A stretch of 64,000 bases of DNA. Origin: Candidatus Lustribacter sp. (GTDB lineage: Bacteria > Vulcanimicrobiota > Vulcanimicrobiia > Vulcanimicrobiales > Vulcanimicrobiaceae). The DNA lies in the NCBI GenBank assembly GCA_965277805.1, contig OZ255842.1:2976001-3040000 (forward strand). The letters are read 5' to 3'. Shown here piece after piece: positions 56,308-64,000 of the stretch. The position numbers were made by a program, and so were the translations under genes. Under the pieces are notes generated by a model. That model made no database searches, was not told the DNA's origin, and was given only the letters and a program-made list of their open reading frames with translations. Every line of letters begins with the position of its first letter. Position 1 is the stretch's first letter.

Positions 56308-57047
56308 GGCTCGCGCTTTCCCGCCGTGCCGCGACCGATGCAGAGAACGAAGACAATGAGCAGAACGATCGCCAGGTAGCCCAACGCGCCTTCGGGTACG
56401 GGCCCGGTCGACGGAGACGGAATGCCGCCGTTGCCCGGCTGCGCGGCATCCATCGACAGGACGAACCCCGCCAGATCGTCGAGATCGGACGGCGTGAGTT
56501 GCCGCTCACCGAAGCGCGGCATCTCGCCCGGCCCCGCGCGCACGGCATCGGCGACCTCGTTGATGGTCGCTTGATGCAGCGCCGGCGCCCAATCGGCGCG
56601 CCCGATGCTGCCGCCGGTTCCGCCGACGGCATGACACTGCTGACAATTGATCTGATACAGCAGCTGTCCGCGATCGGGGTGTTGCCCGTCGATCACTTCC
56701 GGCAGCGGCGGTCCGCCCGCCACAACCGGCGCGAGGTAGGCTTCGAGCGCGCGGATCTGTTCGAGCGGCAACTGCTGCCCCGCGCGTTCGTCGCGATGCG
56801 CGACCTCTACCCACGGCGCCGCGGCCGGCATCCGGCCCGTCGTGAGATAGAAATCCACGTCGGCCAGACCGACGTGCCGCAGCGATGGACCGTCGGCCGA
56901 ACCCTGCTGCTGCGCGCCGTGACACGACGCGCAACTCTCGGCGTAAATGCGCGCGCCGGGCGATGACGCGCCCAGCACCGCTGCAAGCAGCACGGGCAAT
57001 GCGAACAGTACCATCGCGTCAGCCCGCCTGAGGCTCTTCTTCGTCAT
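56304..57047 (-). CDS. qcrC: Diheme cytochrome cc subunit of the bcc complex
   Basis: CASCH, TGRMP, CQQCH, GPGEMPRF, GPVPEG and a C-terminal TM. Confidence 0.85.
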   Translation of the reverse strand: MTKKSLRRADAMVLFALPVLLAAVLGASSPGARIYAESCASCHGAQQQGSADGPSLRHVGLADVDFYLTTGRMPAAAPWVEVAHRDERAGQQLPLEQIRALEAYLAPVVAGGPPLPEVIDGQHPDRGQLLYQINCQQCHAVGGTGGSIGRADWAPALHQATINEVADAVRAGPGEMPRFGERQLTPSDLDDLAGFVLSMDAAQPGNGGIPSPSTGPVPEGALGYLAIVLLIVFVLCIGRGTAGKREP

Positions 57048-58344
57048 AGCCGCCCCGCTCGTTGCGCACGAGCACGACGACGTCCGGCGCCGGGTCGCGT
57101 CCGGAGCGGCGCGCGCGCATCTCCGCTGCGATGCGCGCGACCAGCACGCCCGTGACGATGGGGCCCGCGACGAGCAGAATGCGATACGTCCACACCAGCG
57201 CGTCGAGCGAGACGTGCAGAGTGGCGGCGGTTTGGTCATCACCGGCCGCGAGGGTGAGCAGCAGGCCGTCGAAGATCAGCGCCGCGCCGACGCCGGCGCG
57301 CAAAGGCACCTGCGAGGCGCCTTGCAGAACGTCATGCGAAGCGAGATCCCCGGTCACGCGCGCCTCGATGAACGGCCACAGCAACAGGAACAAAAACGTC
57401 AGCGACGGCAGCACGAGCCCTGGCCAGAAGACCGGCGGGATCGGATGACCCGCGATGCGCAACTCGGTCGCCGGTCCGAGGCGCAGCGCTCCCTCGAGAA
57501 ACGCCGCATACCAGTCAGGCACGGCGCCGTTCATCACGATCCACGTTCGATACACGCCGTAGTTCGCAACCGGATTGATCTCGAAAAACGCCGCCAGCAG
57601 CGTCAGCACGGCCAGCGTCGCGCCCAACGCCGCCACCGTGCGCAACGCATAGTCGGGCCAGAAACGGCGCCCGACGACGTGCTGCGGATCGCGCACGAAC
57701 TGCGTGTGCTTTTGGTAGATCACGAGGAACAGGTGCAGACTCAGCAGCCCGGCAATCGCGATCGGCAGAAAATACACGTGCAGCGTGTAGAGGTGCGTCG
57801 TCAGCAGCGGCGCCGGAAAATCGTCGCCGCCGGCAAACACGCCGGCCGCCCAGCGGCCGATGAGCGGGATCGATAACGCCACGCTGTACGCGATGCGCAG
57901 ACCGGTGCCCGAGAGGCCGTCGTTGGGCAGCGAGTAACCGGTGAAGCCTGTCAACGATGCGAGCATCAGCATCGTCAAGCCCACCATCCAGTTGAGCTCG
58001 CGCGGTTTACGGAACGCGCCGGTGAAAAAGATGCGCGCCATGTGCACGAGGATCGCGGCGACGAAGCAGACCGCGGCCCAGTGATGGATCTGGCGGATCA
58101 CGTAGCCGATCGGATGCCGGCGATCGGCCAGCACGAGTACCGACGCATATGCGTTCTGTGAGCTCGCGTCGAACGCGAACGTAAGCCAAATGCCGGTGCC
58201 GACCAGCACCATGAAAAAGTAGAGTGCAAACTCGCCGAGATAGAACGACCAGTGATCCGGATAGATCTTCTTCAACGCCGCGTGCACGAACGCGTTGGTG
58301 CCGAAGCGCGCATCCAGCCAGCCGGCCGTGCGGCGAACGATCAT
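57019..58344 (-). CDS. qcrB: Cytochrome b subunit of the bcc complex
   Basis: YPDHWSF, RQIHHWAA, FRKPRELNW, GYSLP and PDWY motifs. Confidence 0.9.
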   Translation of the reverse strand: MIVRRTAGWLDARFGTNAFVHAALKKIYPDHWSFYLGEFALYFFMVLVGTGIWLTFAFDASSQNAYASVLVLADRRHPIGYVIRQIHHWAAVCFVAAILVHMARIFFTGAFRKPRELNWMVGLTMLMLASLTGFTGYSLPNDGLSGTGLRIAYSVALSIPLIGRWAAGVFAGGDDFPAPLLTTHLYTLHVYFLPIAIAGLLSLHLFLVIYQKHTQFVRDPQHVVGRRFWPDYALRTVAALGATLAVLTLLAAFFEINPVANYGVYRTWIVMNGAVPDWYAAFLEGALRLGPATELRIAGHPIPPVFWPGLVLPSLTFLFLLLWPFIEARVTGDLASHDVLQGASQVPLRAGVGAALIFDGLLLTLAAGDDQTAATLHVSLDALVWTYRILLVAGPIVTGVLVARIAAEMRARRSGRDPAPDVVVLVRNERGGYDEEEPQAG

Positions 58345-59093
58345 AGCACCCGGTCCCAATCGTCGGGACCGACCGGCGCATCAAAGTCGCCGCGCGCAAC
58401 GAGGTAGCCGCCGGCGTCGACGCTCAGCGGCAGGCCCGGCAGCGGCCGCGGCGCCGGCCCGGATATGTTTTTCGCGCCGTCGTTCACGTCGAAGATCGAC
58501 TGATGGCACGGACAGATCAGCTGATGCGACGCGTGCCGGTACAGCGCGACCGGACAGCCCGCGTGCGTGCAGACTTTGGAGAACGCGCGATAGGTGCCGT
58601 CGTCGCCGCGGATCAGCACGGCCGGTGCTTCCGGCAGATCGGCCGAGCCCTGCGGAAAGACCGTTTCGATGCCGCCGGGCACGAGCCGGTCACGACCGAT
58701 CGGCGCGTTGTTTTCATCGACGAGCCGAATGCCCGCGCCCCAACCGGTACGCATCGAACGACCGGGTTTGCGTGCTAGCGCGATCAGGGGAACGAGTCCG
58801 AGCAGCGCCAGCGCGCCTGCCGCACCGAACCAGAGACCGGCGAAGCGCGGCCGCGTGACGCGTACATCGTCCGGCAGCGGCGGCGGGTGCGTCGGACCGT
58901 GCGGTGTGCGCGGCTCTTGCAAGTCGCTCGGCGCGTGCAGCGCGCTCGCCGCCGCACTGCACGCGCCGGCAATGCCGATGAACGCGAGCGCGAGCGCTCC
59001 CGCGAATGCACTCGGCGGCGCGCCCGATGCGGCGGCAGCCATGGCACCGAGCGCGCCGGCAATGGTGAGCACGAGAAACGCGGCCGCAATCAT
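58341..59093 (-). CDS. qcrA: Rieske Fe-S subunit with three TM segments
   Basis: CTHAGC, CPCHQS and GPAPRPLP motifs; ATGA overlaps on both sides. Confidence 0.88.
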   Translation of the reverse strand: MIAAAFLVLTIAGALGAMAAAASGAPPSAFAGALALAFIGIAGACSAAASALHAPSDLQEPRTPHGPTHPPPLPDDVRVTRPRFAGLWFGAAGALALLGLVPLIALARKPGRSMRTGWGAGIRLVDENNAPIGRDRLVPGGIETVFPQGSADLPEAPAVLIRGDDGTYRAFSKVCTHAGCPVALYRHASHQLICPCHQSIFDVNDGAKNISGPAPRPLPGLPLSVDAGGYLVARGDFDAPVGPDDWDRVL

Positions 59094-59647
59094 CGGATCA
59101 AGAAGATCGTCGCGTAGAGCGCCAGCCAAACGACGAAGACGAAGTGCCAATAGTAGGCGACGGCCTCGACCGCCGCATGATGATCGCGCGTGAACGCCGG
59201 CATGCGCAGAAAGATCGCGACCGCCGCCAGCAGCACGACCCCCGCCAACACGTGCGCGAAGTGCGTGCCGGTCAACACGTAATAAATCGTTCCGTATGCC
59301 GAACCGTTGATGGCGAAGTTTGCGTGCGCCCAATCGCTCCATTCGAGCGCGAGGAACGCGATCGCTACGAGAATCGTAAGCGCCAGCATCGCGCGCGCCA
59401 AAACGCGGCCACCGCGCATCGCCGCGTTCTGAGCGATGGTCATCGTTACGCTGCCGGCAGCGAGCAACGCAGTGCCGATCGTCATGCTCGCCGGATCGAG
59501 TTCCGCGCCCGCCGGCGGCCATGCCGCGGTCATTCCCCGCAAATAGTAATACGCGGCGAGCAATGCCGCGAATACCATCGATTCCGAAGCGAGGAATACG
59601 ACTGTGCCAAACACGAGCGGATGCGCTCGGATCGCAACTGATCGCAT
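59090..59647 (-). CDS. ctaE: Cytochrome c oxidase subunit III
   Basis: FLASESMVF, LTGTHFAHV and YWHFVFVVW motifs. Confidence 0.9.
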   Translation of the reverse strand: MRSVAIRAHPLVFGTVVFLASESMVFAALLAAYYYLRGMTAAWPPAGAELDPASMTIGTALLAAGSVTMTIAQNAAMRGGRVLARAMLALTILVAIAFLALEWSDWAHANFAINGSAYGTIYYVLTGTHFAHVLAGVVLLAAVAIFLRMPAFTRDHHAAVEAVAYYWHFVFVVWLALYATIFLIR

Positions 59648-59656
59648 GGGTGCACA

Positions 59657-59689
59657 CTACCCGGGTTCATAGCTGGCGAAACCGGGTAC
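59657..59689. promoter_or_regulatory. Overlapping divergent SigB/SigF-like promoters
   Basis: + strand GTTCAT-N13-GGGTAC-N9-GTG; - strand GTTTCG-N14-GGGTAG-N9-ATG. Confidence 0.6.
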
Positions 59690-59698
59690 GGTCGTCTC

Positions 59699-60355
59699 GT
59701 GCACGGTCCGTCCTGGCCTGCGGTCAGCAGTACGCAGGCATCAGCGCTGGCGCAAGACTGGGTAATCTTCACCTGCGCGGCTCTGAGCCTGGCGATTTTG
59801 GTGTGGGCGCTCATTATCGTGGCTGCGATTCGCTTCCGCCGTACGGAGCGAAACCCCGAACCACGCTCGCAGCGTGCCAACAACGTGCCGCTGGAGATCG
59901 CATGGACGATCGTGCCGCTGCTGATCGTGGTCGGTCTCTTCATCTATACCTATCGCATCGAGGCCGGCGTCGAAGCGTTGGCCGCCGACGCACCGGTACG
60001 CGTGACCGTCAACGGTTTCCGCTGGGGCTGGACGTTTGCGTACGCCGGCGGACCGACGATCGACGGCACGTCGCTCCATCCGCCGCAAATGGTGTTGCCG
60101 GCCGGGCGCACTGCCGCGATCACCGTTACGTCGAGCGACGTCATCCACTCGTTTTGGGTCCCCGACATGCTCTTCAAGCGCGACGCCGTTCCGGGACGTG
60201 CAACGACGTTCGATCTCACGCCCACCACGCCCGGAACGTACCTCGGGCGGTGCGGAGAATTCTGCGGCCTCAATCATGCGTTGATGACGTTTTCGGTGCG
60301 GGTCGTTTCGCCGGCCGAGTACGAGCGCTGGCGCACCTCCGAGGCAACGCAGTGA
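59699..60355 (+). CDS. ctaC: Cytochrome c oxidase subunit II
   Basis: LEIAWTIVP, DVIHSFW and the CuA motif CGEFCGLNHALM. Confidence 0.92.
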   Translation: MHGPSWPAVSSTQASALAQDWVIFTCAALSLAILVWALIIVAAIRFRRTERNPEPRSQRANNVPLEIAWTIVPLLIVVGLFIYTYRIEAGVEALAADAPVRVTVNGFRWGWTFAYAGGPTIDGTSLHPPQMVLPAGRTAAITVTSSDVIHSFWVPDMLFKRDAVPGRATTFDLTPTTPGTYLGRCGEFCGLNHALMTFSVRVVSPAEYERWRTSEATQ

Positions 60356-61959
60356 TCGCGCCGGCCGAGCGCCACGACATCCTCTCGTGGTTCACCGCTA
60401 CCGATCACAAACGCGTCGGCATCCTCTACATGGGCACGAGTTTGCTGTTCTTGCTGGTCGCAGGCTTGCTCGCGATGCTGATCCGCACGCAGCTCGCGCG
60501 CCCCGATGCGACCTTGCTCGGGCCCGAAGCGTACAATGCGGTGTTCACGCTGCACGGCACCGCGATGATCTTTCTCGTTATCGCGCCGTTCGGATTCGGG
60601 CTCGCGAACTATCTCATCCCGCTGCAAATCGGCGCGCCGGACATGGCCTTTCCGCGCCTCAACGCAACGTCGTTCTGGGTGTTTCTGTTCGGGGGATTGA
60701 CGGTGTTCGCCGGTGCGGCGGCAAACGACGGTGCGGCCGCCGCCGGTTGGACCGCGTATGCGCCGCTATCGGAGATTACGGTTTCGGCCGGCATAGGCCA
60801 GGACATGTGGATCATCGGCATCGCGATGGTGTCGGTCGCTTCGATCGCCGCCGCGGTGAATTTCGTGACGACGGCATTCGTGCTGCGCGCGCCGGGCATG
60901 ACGATGTGGCGGCTGCCGATCTTCACCTGGGAGATGATCGCCACGTCGCTGCTCGTCTTCATGGCATTTCCGTCGCTGACCGCAACGCTGCTGTTGCTGT
61001 TCGTCGACCGCCACTTCGGCGGCCACGCCTTCGACCCGGCCTACGGCGGCAGCCCGATCCTCTACCAGCATCTCTTCTGGTTCTTCGGCCATCCCGAAGT
61101 CTACGTCATGATCCTTCCCTACTTCGGCATCATGAGTGAAGTGATCGCCACGTTTTCCGGCCGGCCGATCTTCGGTTACACCGGCATGGTGCTGGCGGCC
61201 ATGGCGATCGCCGGGCTCTCGATGGGCGTCTGGGCGCATCACATGTTCACGACCGGCGCCGTCAACGATCCGTTCTTCAGCTTCGTCTCGTTCTTGATCG
61301 CGGTACCGACCGGAATCAAGTTCTTCAACTGGATTGCGACGATGTGGGGCGGTTCGATTCGCTACACGACCGCCATGTGGTACGCGCTCGGCTTTCTGAT
61401 GAACTTTTTGCTCGGCGGCGTAACCGGCGTGATGGTCGCCTCACCGCCGGTCGATTTCCAGGCCCGCGATTCGTACTTTCTGGTCGCGCACTTTCACTAT
61501 ACGCTCGGCGGCGGCAGTTTCTTCGCGCTCTTCGCCGCGCTCTTCTATTGGTGGCCGAAGGTGTACGGCTGGTTTCTCGACGAGCGGCTAGGCAAGATCG
61601 GCTTCGCGCTGACGTTCGCCGGCTTCAACCTGACGTTCTTGCCGATGTTCTTCATGGGCATCTTCGGCATGTCGCGGCGCGTGTTCACGTATCCCGATAC
61701 GGGCGCGCTGCCGGGGCTGAACTTGGTCGCGAGCTGCGGCGCCGCGTTGATGCTCGCCGGGGCGATCGTGTTCGTCGCAAACGTGATCGTCTCCGCACGG
61801 CGGCGCGTGCCGGCCGGTGACAACCCGTGGCAGGCGTATACGCTCGAATGGGCGACCACTTCGCCCCCGCCCGAACACAATTTCACGCAGCTGCCGCCGA
61901 TCCGTTCGTTCCGGCCGCTGTGGAACGTGGAACATCCGGAGGCCCCGCAAACGCCGTGA
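60352..61959 (+). CDS. ctaD: Cytochrome c oxidase subunit I (A1 type)
   Basis: TDHKRVG, DMAFPRLN, WFFGHPEVY, WAHHMF and AHFHY motifs; GTGA overlap. Confidence 0.95.
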   Translation: MIAPAERHDILSWFTATDHKRVGILYMGTSLLFLLVAGLLAMLIRTQLARPDATLLGPEAYNAVFTLHGTAMIFLVIAPFGFGLANYLIPLQIGAPDMAFPRLNATSFWVFLFGGLTVFAGAAANDGAAAAGWTAYAPLSEITVSAGIGQDMWIIGIAMVSVASIAAAVNFVTTAFVLRAPGMTMWRLPIFTWEMIATSLLVFMAFPSLTATLLLLFVDRHFGGHAFDPAYGGSPILYQHLFWFFGHPEVYVMILPYFGIMSEVIATFSGRPIFGYTGMVLAAMAIAGLSMGVWAHHMFTTGAVNDPFFSFVSFLIAVPTGIKFFNWIATMWGGSIRYTTAMWYALGFLMNFLLGGVTGVMVASPPVDFQARDSYFLVAHFHYTLGGGSFFALFAALFYWWPKVYGWFLDERLGKIGFALTFAGFNLTFLPMFFMGIFGMSRRVFTYPDTGALPGLNLVASCGAALMLAGAIVFVANVIVSARRRVPAGDNPWQAYTLEWATTSPPPEHNFTQLPPIRSFRPLWNVEHPEAPQTP

Positions 61960-62333
61960 TGATCGCGCTGCGGCTCTTCCTTTCATCGGCCGCGTTCACT
62001 GCGGTCCTCGCGGTGTCGTACTGGCTCGTCGCGCACGATCCGGCCGGCACGGTGCTGCTCGCCTTCATGACGGCAGCTTTGCTCGTGATCGCGATCTACA
62101 TGATCGTTGCCGAGCGTAACGCCGGACTCTTTGCCGACGACGAAGACGCCACACCGTCCGGCGCGCGCGGCGAGCGCATCGGCACGTTCGTCCTGCACTC
62201 CCCGGCGCCGTTTTGGATCGGTCTCGCGCTGGCCGGTCTGCTGCTCGGCCTCGTCGTCGCGCCGGCGGCCGCCGGACTCGCCATCGTTGCGCTCTGTTTT
62301 CTCGGTGCGTTGATGATCGTGCGCAGCCGCTGA
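61959..62333 (+). CDS. ctaF: Cytochrome c oxidase subunit IV (CtaF-like)
   Basis: Small multi-TM protein with D-P-A-G-T; coupled to ctaD. Confidence 0.65.
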   Translation: MIALRLFLSSAAFTAVLAVSYWLVAHDPAGTVLLAFMTAALLVIAIYMIVAERNAGLFADDEDATPSGARGERIGTFVLHSPAPFWIGLALAGLLLGLVVAPAAAGLAIVALCFLGALMIVRSR

Positions 62334-62334
62334 C

Positions 62335-62682
62335 TTAAAGCGACTCTACGTAGGCGGCGACGTCTTGGACGTCTTTTTGCGATAGCGGAGCGGGGTAGAG
62401 CTTCGGCATCGGCGGATCCGGCGCTTCGATCCAAGCGACCGTTTGATCGTAATTCTTGCGCTGTTTTTCCTTGACGAGCGACGGCCCGACCCCGGCGGCC
62501 GCGCCGTTCGCGGTGTGACAGACCGCGCAGTTCGCGCGAAAAACCTCCGCGCCGCGCGACTGGTCGCCGAGTGCGGCTCCCGCCGCCGGCGTGGATCCGG
62601 CAGCAGTTTGCGCGTCGCTGTGCGCGCACCCCGCCGCCAACGCAGCAACGAACACGGCGAGCGGTATGAACCGGCGAAACAT
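62335..62682 (-). CDS. Lipoprotein monoheme cytochrome c
   Basis: Lipobox LAAGC; CAVCH, GPSL and distal Met in PMP. Confidence 0.88.
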   Translation of the reverse strand: MFRRFIPLAVFVAALAAGCAHSDAQTAAGSTPAAGAALGDQSRGAEVFRANCAVCHTANGAAAGVGPSLVKEKQRKNYDQTVAWIEAPDPPMPKLYPAPLSQKDVQDVAAYVESL

Positions 62683-62739
62683 GCACGCTGATTACCCGCA
62701 ACACGACTCGTTACCCGTTTCGTGGGGTACATCACACAC

Positions 62740-63645
62740 GTGACGCCGCGCATCGGTCTCGATCTCTTCAAAGAAACGCTGGCCGCCTGGAACGCCGACA
62801 AGGCGCCGCGGCTGGCGGCAGCGATTGCGTACTCGACCATCTTTGCGATCGCGCCGCTCCTGATCATCACGATCGCGATCGTCGGGGCCGTGCTGGGCTT
62901 CACCGGAACCACCCATCCGCACACGGCCGTCGAGAATTCGCTGCTCGCGCAAATCTCGCGCGCCGCAGGGACGCAGGCAGCGCAGATGGTGCGCACGATG
63001 GTTGACGCCAGCTTCGGCCGCCCGCGGCAAAACGTGCTCGCGCAGGTGCTCGGCTGGATTGCGTTCGCCGCCGGTGCATCGGGGTTGTTCGCCTCGCTGC
63101 AGGATGCACTGAATACCGTCTGGGAAGCGAAGCCGCCGCCGGCGCATCAGAACATCCTGATCATGCTCCGCGACCGCGCGATGTCGCTCGTGATGCTGCT
63201 CGTCATCGGTTTTCTTCTGATGGCGTCGCTGCTGCTCAACGTCGCGATCGCCTTCGCCACGTCGCACCTCGCGAACGTCCTTCCGGCGGCGGGCGCGGGG
63301 CCGCTCGTGGCCGGCGTGAATTGGCTCGTCTCGATCGGCGTCATCACCGTGCTCTTCGCGTTGATCTTCCGCATTTTGCCCGATGTCGAGATTCGCTGGG
63401 GCGACGTCGCCGTCGGCGCGTTCATCACCGCCATCCTCTTCGTCGTGGGGCAAGCCCTGATCGGTCTGTACATCGGTCGCGCCGGCGTCGCATCGGCGTA
63501 CGGCGCCGCCGGGGCCTTGCTCGCCGTGCTGATCTGGATCTATTATTCGGCGGCGATCCTCTTACTCGGTGCCGAGTTCACCAAAATCTACGCACACCAC
63601 AGGCACACGGAGGGTAATGTCGTTACGCCGATGCAAGCCGCATAG
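62740..63645 (+). CDS. YihY/virulence factor BrkB family membrane protein
   Basis: RLAAAIAYSTIF, LQDALNTVW, SAYGAAG and WIYYSA..LLGAEF motifs. GTG 62740 preferred over the track start 62722. Confidence 0.9.
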   Translation: MTPRIGLDLFKETLAAWNADKAPRLAAAIAYSTIFAIAPLLIITIAIVGAVLGFTGTTHPHTAVENSLLAQISRAAGTQAAQMVRTMVDASFGRPRQNVLAQVLGWIAFAAGASGLFASLQDALNTVWEAKPPPAHQNILIMLRDRAMSLVMLLVIGFLLMASLLLNVAIAFATSHLANVLPAAGAGPLVAGVNWLVSIGVITVLFALIFRILPDVEIRWGDVAVGAFITAILFVVGQALIGLYIGRAGVASAYGAAGALLAVLIWIYYSAAILLLGAEFTKIYAHHRHTEGNVVTPMQAA

Positions 63646-63673
63646 CGTGACCTACCGCGGGTATCTTCGGGCG

Positions 63674-63952
63674 ATGGATATGGCAATGCGTCTGCGGACG
63701 CGCGCCGTAGCGATCAAATTCGACAACATTAAAGCGACCTGGACCCTCGGCGAGCATCAGGTTCGCGCCAGCGAAACCGACGGCACCGCCGTTCGTTTTC
63801 AGCTCTACACCGTCGGCAAACGCGAGGCGCTGGTCGGCAGCTACTCGGGGACGATCGGATCCACACCGCAAGAGGTCGCCCAGTACTTGGTGTATTTCCT
63901 CGAAACGGGCAAGCCGTGGCACCAGGGACTTGCCAAAAAAGGACTCGCTTGA
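63674..63952 (+). CDS. Hypothetical protein
   Basis: Host-like codon use; ATG lies 9 nt after GGGTAT. Confidence 0.6.
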   Translation: MDMAMRLRTRAVAIKFDNIKATWTLGEHQVRASETDGTAVRFQLYTVGKREALVGSYSGTIGSTPQEVAQYLVYFLETGKPWHQGLAKKGLA

Positions 63953-64000
63953 CCCCACTCGACTTGCGCACGCACCGGCCGCGGCCCGTGCGCGCGACGA

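Noticed and set aside
59521-60351. Apparent N-terminal extension or fusion of ctaD (similarly the long track versions of qcrA, qcrC, crtP, FAH, alkA, folP and VC0807)
   Set aside because: The extensions are out-of-frame readings of neighbouring genes; better starts exist at stop/start overlaps or RBS sites.

Overview
GC-rich, very gene-dense bacterial chromosome segment with about 57 CDS, mostly translationally coupled. I found no rRNA, tRNA, CRISPR array, integrase or transposase. Gene content and style (many stand-alone ABC binding proteins, RsbW-like proteins, a MalT-like TPR protein) resemble Eremiobacterota/Vulcanimicrobiota, but that is inference only. Main blocks, in order: (1) peptide-binding protein, UBP zinc finger, alkA, cell-wall enzymes, cyclophilin, anti-sigma factor and a CYP199A-like P450; (2) a lower-GC coupled trio of S53 peptidase with a perfect LSAFPAP peptide repeat, HTH-less MalT/STAND-TPR protein and HD-GYP, preceded by a CRP-like box (my best candidate for an undescribed signalling system); (3) a SucC-like/ferredoxin/SucD-like/HMG-CoA-lyase/binding-protein operon; (4) a MarR/SDR divergon; (5) an aryl-acid CoA catabolic cluster and a hydantoinase pair; (6) crtB with a CrtP-type phytoene desaturase, and DUF1858-Mrp; (7) a coupled metalloprotease-folP-folK::folE2-small ORF-GH1-GT4-DUF2461 operon; (8) ilvE, a SpoIIE sensor, MetE-like, GT2, ICL-family and TcuA-like genes; (9) an H1-like protein and an actinobacterial-type cytochrome bcc-aa3 cluster driven by apparent SigB/SigF-type near-leaderless promoters. 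Many start codons were re-called from the sequence rather than taken from the ORF track. Protein family calls rest on motif recognition, not database searches.
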